DNA of 64,000 nucleotides from an uncultured Candidatus Rokubacteria bacterium (GTDB lineage Bacteria > Methylomirabilota > Methylomirabilia > Rokubacteriales > DASRDR01): the NCBI GenBank assembly GCA_963708025.1, contig CAVPSB010000025.1, positions 96,001 through 160,000 of the forward strand. The letters are read 5' to 3'. Made by a program: the position numbers and the translations under genes. Of this stretch, positions 60,894 to 64,000 are shown in pieces. The stretch's first letter is position 1, and the number at the start of each line of letters is the position of its first letter. The notes below the pieces were generated by a model that was not told the DNA's origin, ran no database searches, and worked only from the letters and a program-made list of their open reading frames with translations.

Positions 60894-61798
60894 TGCCGTT
60901 CCAACTGGAGGATTACGGCAAGTCCGTGCTTCAAGGATTGCTTGCCCATCTTGGCTCACGTAGTTGGAACGGCACTAGCTCGCGGACCCTGGCGGCCGGG
61001 GCCTTGCTGGTCGGCGCCTTCGCCGGCGGAGCGGTGCTGGCCCCGGCCCTCGCCCCGTTCGATCCCTACTCGGTGCCGGACCGCCTGGAGACGGCCAGCC
61101 TCCGGCCGCCCGGCGCGCCGTTTCCCCTGGGCACCGATCTGCTGGGGCGGGACCTCTTCTCCCGCATCCTCTACGGCGGCCGCGTCTCGCTGCTGGTGGG
61201 CGTCGGGGCCGAGCTGGCCGCCGCCCTGCTCGGCACCCTGGTGGGCCTGCTCGCCGGGTACCACGGCGGGCGCCTGGATGCCGTCCTCATGCGGGTGACC
61301 GACGTGGTCATGGCGTTCCCGTCGCTCGTTCTGGGCATCGGGATCATCGCCGTCTTCCAGGCCCCCGGCCTGGACAAGGTGATCCTGGTGCTCGTGCTCC
61401 TCGGCTGGACCACCATCGCGCGCGTCGTTCGCGGCGAGGTGCGGGCCCTCCGGGAGCGCGAGTTCATGCTGGCCGCCCGGGCCCTGGGGGTCCACGACGC
61501 CGCCCTCGTCCGGCGTCACCTCCTGCCGAACCTGATGGCCCCGCTGCTCGTCGCCGCGACGGTGGGGGTCGCGGGCAACATCGTCGCCGAGGCCGGGCTC
61601 TCCTTCCTGGGCCTGGGCGCCCAGCCCCCGACCATCTCCTGGGGCGGGATGCTCGCCGAGGGCCACGCGTTCCTCACCACCTCGCCCTGGGTCGCCGTCT
61701 TCCCGGGGCTGGCCCTCGTGCTGGCGGTGCTGGGCGTCAATCTCCTGGGCGACGGCCTCCGCGACGTCCTCGATCCCCGGCTGCGCGGCCGCCGCTGA
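60862..61798 (+). CDS. Peptide ABC permease (DppC-like); N-terminus interrupted by a MITE-like insert
   Basis: LGTDLLGRD, RHLLPN, LSFLGLG and GDGLRD motifs. Ancestral ATG probably 60862; the open frame now begins at GTG 60893. Confidence 0.88.
60890..60978. mobile_element. MITE-like element with CTAG at both ends
   Basis: Perfect 17-bp inverted repeat CTAGTGCCGTTCCAACT...AGTTGGAACGGCACTAG around an AT-richer core. Confidence 0.75.
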
Positions 61799-61896
61799 CC
61801 CTCGGAAGGGCCGCCGAGGCCCCTAGTCGCCTTTACTTCGGCGCGGCCGGGCGGGTAGAATATGGCGTCCTCCGACAGGTGAAGGGGGTCGCGCGC

Positions 61897-62877
61897 GTGC
61901 CCACGGTCGGCGAGACCGTCGCCGAGATGGTCCAGTACGTGTTCCCTCAGTACGCGGGCGCGCCCGGGCAGATCTACGGCGGCCGGATGATGGAGTGGAT
62001 CGCCACCGCCGGGACGCTGGCCGCGTCGCGCGTCGCCCGGGGGCCGGTCGCCCTCGGCGCGATGGACGACATCGACTTCCTCCACCCCGTCAAGGTCGGA
62101 GAGATCGCCATCCTGCGGGCGCGGGTGGAGTGGATCGGGCGGACCTCGCTGGAGGTCGGCGTCCGCGTCTACTCCGAGCGGCCGGAGACCGGCGAGCGTC
62201 ACCTGACGCTCTCGTCGCATCTGGCGTTCGTGGCGATCGACGAGGCGGTGCACCCGCGGCCGATCGGGGCGCGGATCGAGCCGGCCGACGAGCGGGAGCG
62301 TGCGGTCGTCGAGGCGGCCCAGGCGCGGCGCGAAGCGCGGCGGGCGCGACTCGCGCTGCGGGCCGAGCGCGCGGGCGAGGTGCGGGACGAGACCGAGGGG
62401 TTTCGCTGGCGGTTCGAGGAGAGCCGCTTCGTGTTTCCCGAGGACGCGCTGCACGGCTCGCTGATGTTCGCCGGGAAGCTCCTGTTGATCGTTGACGCGG
62501 CGGCGGGGGTCCTGGCGGTGCGGTACGCGCGCGCGCCGCTGGCGACGGCGTCCATGGACGCGCTGGAGTTCTACACGCCGATCCGGGTCGGAGACATCGT
62601 GACGTTGCACGGCGCGCTGAACCGGGTCGGGAATCGCTCGATGGAGATCGGCCTGAAAGTGCTGGCGGAGGCACCGTTCACCGGGGAGGTGCGGCACACG
62701 TGCACGGCCTACCTCACGTTCGTGAAGCTGCGGGGGGCCGGGAACGGGCTGCCGCCCTTGACCGCGGAGACCCCGGTCGAGCAACGGTACCGGGACGCCG
62801 CCGACAAACGACACGCCGCGCGGCTCGAGCGCGTGCGACGGCTGCAGGCGGGCCTCGCGACCGAGGCCGCGTGGTGA
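61897..62877 (+). CDS. Double hot-dog acyl-CoA thioesterase
   Basis: Two hot-dog domains (GQIYGGRMM; GSLMFAGKLL; GRTSLEV/GNRSMEI). Confidence 0.88.
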   Translation: MPTVGETVAEMVQYVFPQYAGAPGQIYGGRMMEWIATAGTLAASRVARGPVALGAMDDIDFLHPVKVGEIAILRARVEWIGRTSLEVGVRVYSERPETGERHLTLSSHLAFVAIDEAVHPRPIGARIEPADERERAVVEAAQARREARRARLALRAERAGEVRDETEGFRWRFEESRFVFPEDALHGSLMFAGKLLLIVDAAAGVLAVRYARAPLATASMDALEFYTPIRVGDIVTLHGALNRVGNRSMEIGLKVLAEAPFTGEVRHTCTAYLTFVKLRGAGNGLPPLTAETPVEQRYRDAADKRHAARLERVRRLQAGLATEAAW

Positions 62878-62894
62878 GCGGGGGGAGGTGACCG

Positions 62895-63647
62895 ATGTCC
62901 GGCCATTCGAAGTGGTCGCAGATCAAGCGGAAGAAGGCGAAGAACGACCAGCAGCGCGGTAAGCTGTTCTCGAAGCTGATTCGCGAGGTCACGACGGCGG
63001 CGCGGGTCGGCGGCGGGGATCCCAAGGGCAATGTGCGGCTCAAGGCCGCGATCGAGGAAGCCAAGGCCGTCAACATGCCGGCCGACACGCTGAAGCGCGC
63101 GGTCCAGAAGGGGACGGGCGAGCTCCCCGGGGAGACCTACGAGGAAGTGACCTACGAGGGCTACGGGCCGGCCGGCGTGGCGATGATGGTGAAGGTGCTG
63201 ACCGACAACAAGAACCGCACGGCGCCGGAGATCCGCCACGGCTTCACCAAGTTCGGCGGGAACCTGGGAGAGGTCGGCTCGGTCGGCTGGATGTTCGAGC
63301 GCAAGGGCCTGATCCTCGTGGAGGCGAGCCGGGTGGGCGAGGACGACCTCTTCACCCTCGCGCTCGAGGGCGGCGCCACCGACATGCGCCGGGCCGACAA
63401 CCTCTTCGAGATCTCGACCGAGCCGGCCCAGCTCGAGAGCGTGCGCCGGGCGCTGGAGGAGAAGGGGGTTCCGATCCAGTCGGCCGAGGTGACCTACGTG
63501 CCGCAGTCGACGATCCGGCTGGATGGCAAGGAAGCCCAGCAGGTGCTCCGCCTGGTCGAGGGGCTCGAAGAGCTGGACGACGTGCAGAAGGTGTACGCGA
63601 ACTTCGACATCCCGGACGAGGTGCTGGAGACGCTGGGCGCGGCGTGA
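62895..63647 (+). CDS. yebC: YebC/PmpR family protein
   Basis: MSGHSKWSQIKRKK, YEGYGP, TDNKNRT and DDVQKVYAN motifs. Confidence 0.95.
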   Translation: MSGHSKWSQIKRKKAKNDQQRGKLFSKLIREVTTAARVGGGDPKGNVRLKAAIEEAKAVNMPADTLKRAVQKGTGELPGETYEEVTYEGYGPAGVAMMVKVLTDNKNRTAPEIRHGFTKFGGNLGEVGSVGWMFERKGLILVEASRVGEDDLFTLALEGGATDMRRADNLFEISTEPAQLESVRRALEEKGVPIQSAEVTYVPQSTIRLDGKEAQQVLRLVEGLEELDDVQKVYANFDIPDEVLETLGAA

Positions 63648-63678
63648 GCAGTTCTCGATCGGGGGAGGGGGGCCGGGG

Positions 63679-63816
63679 CTGAGAGCGTGTGAAGGAATGG
63701 GACCTCCGACTCCCCCCTCCCCCCGGCCAAAGGCCGAAGGCCGTCCACCGGTGGGGGAGGGGGGCCAAAGGCCGAAGGCCTTCGACGGATCGGGTGGGCG
63801 GGAGGTCCCGAACTGA
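63679..63816 (+). repeat. Repeat family B copy
   Basis: CTGAGAGCGTGTGAAGGAATGG...GGAGGTCCCGAACTGA. Confidence 0.9.
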
Positions 63817-64000
63817 GGGCGGCCGGCTTCGATCCCGGGCTGGCGGAAACGGGGTTCGCGGTGCTGGCGGGGGGCCGCGGGGGCCCGGCCGTCCTCGGGA
63901 CCGGCGTCCTCCGGACTCACGCCGCCGACCCGCTCGATCTTCGGCTCGAGCAGCTCTTCGAGGGCATCCACGGGGTCCTCGCCGCCTTCGTGCCGGATTT
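63813..64000 (+). CDS. ruvC: Holliday junction resolvase RuvC, 5' part (truncated by window end)
   Basis: LRAAGFDPGLAETGFAVL...RLEQLFEGI; conserved yebC-ruvC synteny; apparent CTG start. Confidence 0.8.
   Translation, partial: MRAAGFDPGLAETGFAVLAGGRGGPAVLGTGVLRTHAADPLDLRLEQLFEGIHGVLAAFVPD

Overview
Very GC-rich bacterial chromosomal window with no rRNA, tRNA, CRISPR array or intact transposase. The gene content (many Liv-type ABC systems, Tat substrates, c-type cytochromes, Pup-proteasome genes) suggests a diderm soil lineage such as Ca. Rokubacteria/Methylomirabilota, but that is inference only. In window order it holds: (1) a minus-strand cluster with a UbiD decarboxylase resembling the phthaloyl-CoA decarboxylase clade, a CoA ligase, UbiX, TenA, a cupin, a VOC enzyme, an alpha/beta hydrolase and a Liv-type ABC transporter; (2) a second Liv operon with embedded YceI and cytochrome c genes; (3) a double carbohydrate-type ABC locus; (4) MFS genes and cysE, the latter preceded by an apparent Cys-rich leader-peptide attenuator; (5) a polar amino acid ABC transporter with enolase-superfamily, deacetylase, LysE and amidinotransferase-superfamily genes; (6) AGE epimerase, ArnT-like and diheme cytochrome genes; (7) an arc-dop-prcB-prcA-pafA operon with no pup gene at its usual position; (8) a peptide ABC transporter, an acyl-CoA thioesterase, yebC and the start of ruvC. 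The most striking non-coding feature is a set of at least four interspersed, structured repeat families at gene junctions. Two of them share a 17-19 bp GGCC-TTC-GGCC hairpin module, are always oriented with transcription, and one appears to supply stop codons and ribosome-binding sites. There are also CTAG-flanked MITE-like inverted repeats and many short gene remnants. Several single-base (+1) frameshifts are most likely assembly errors.
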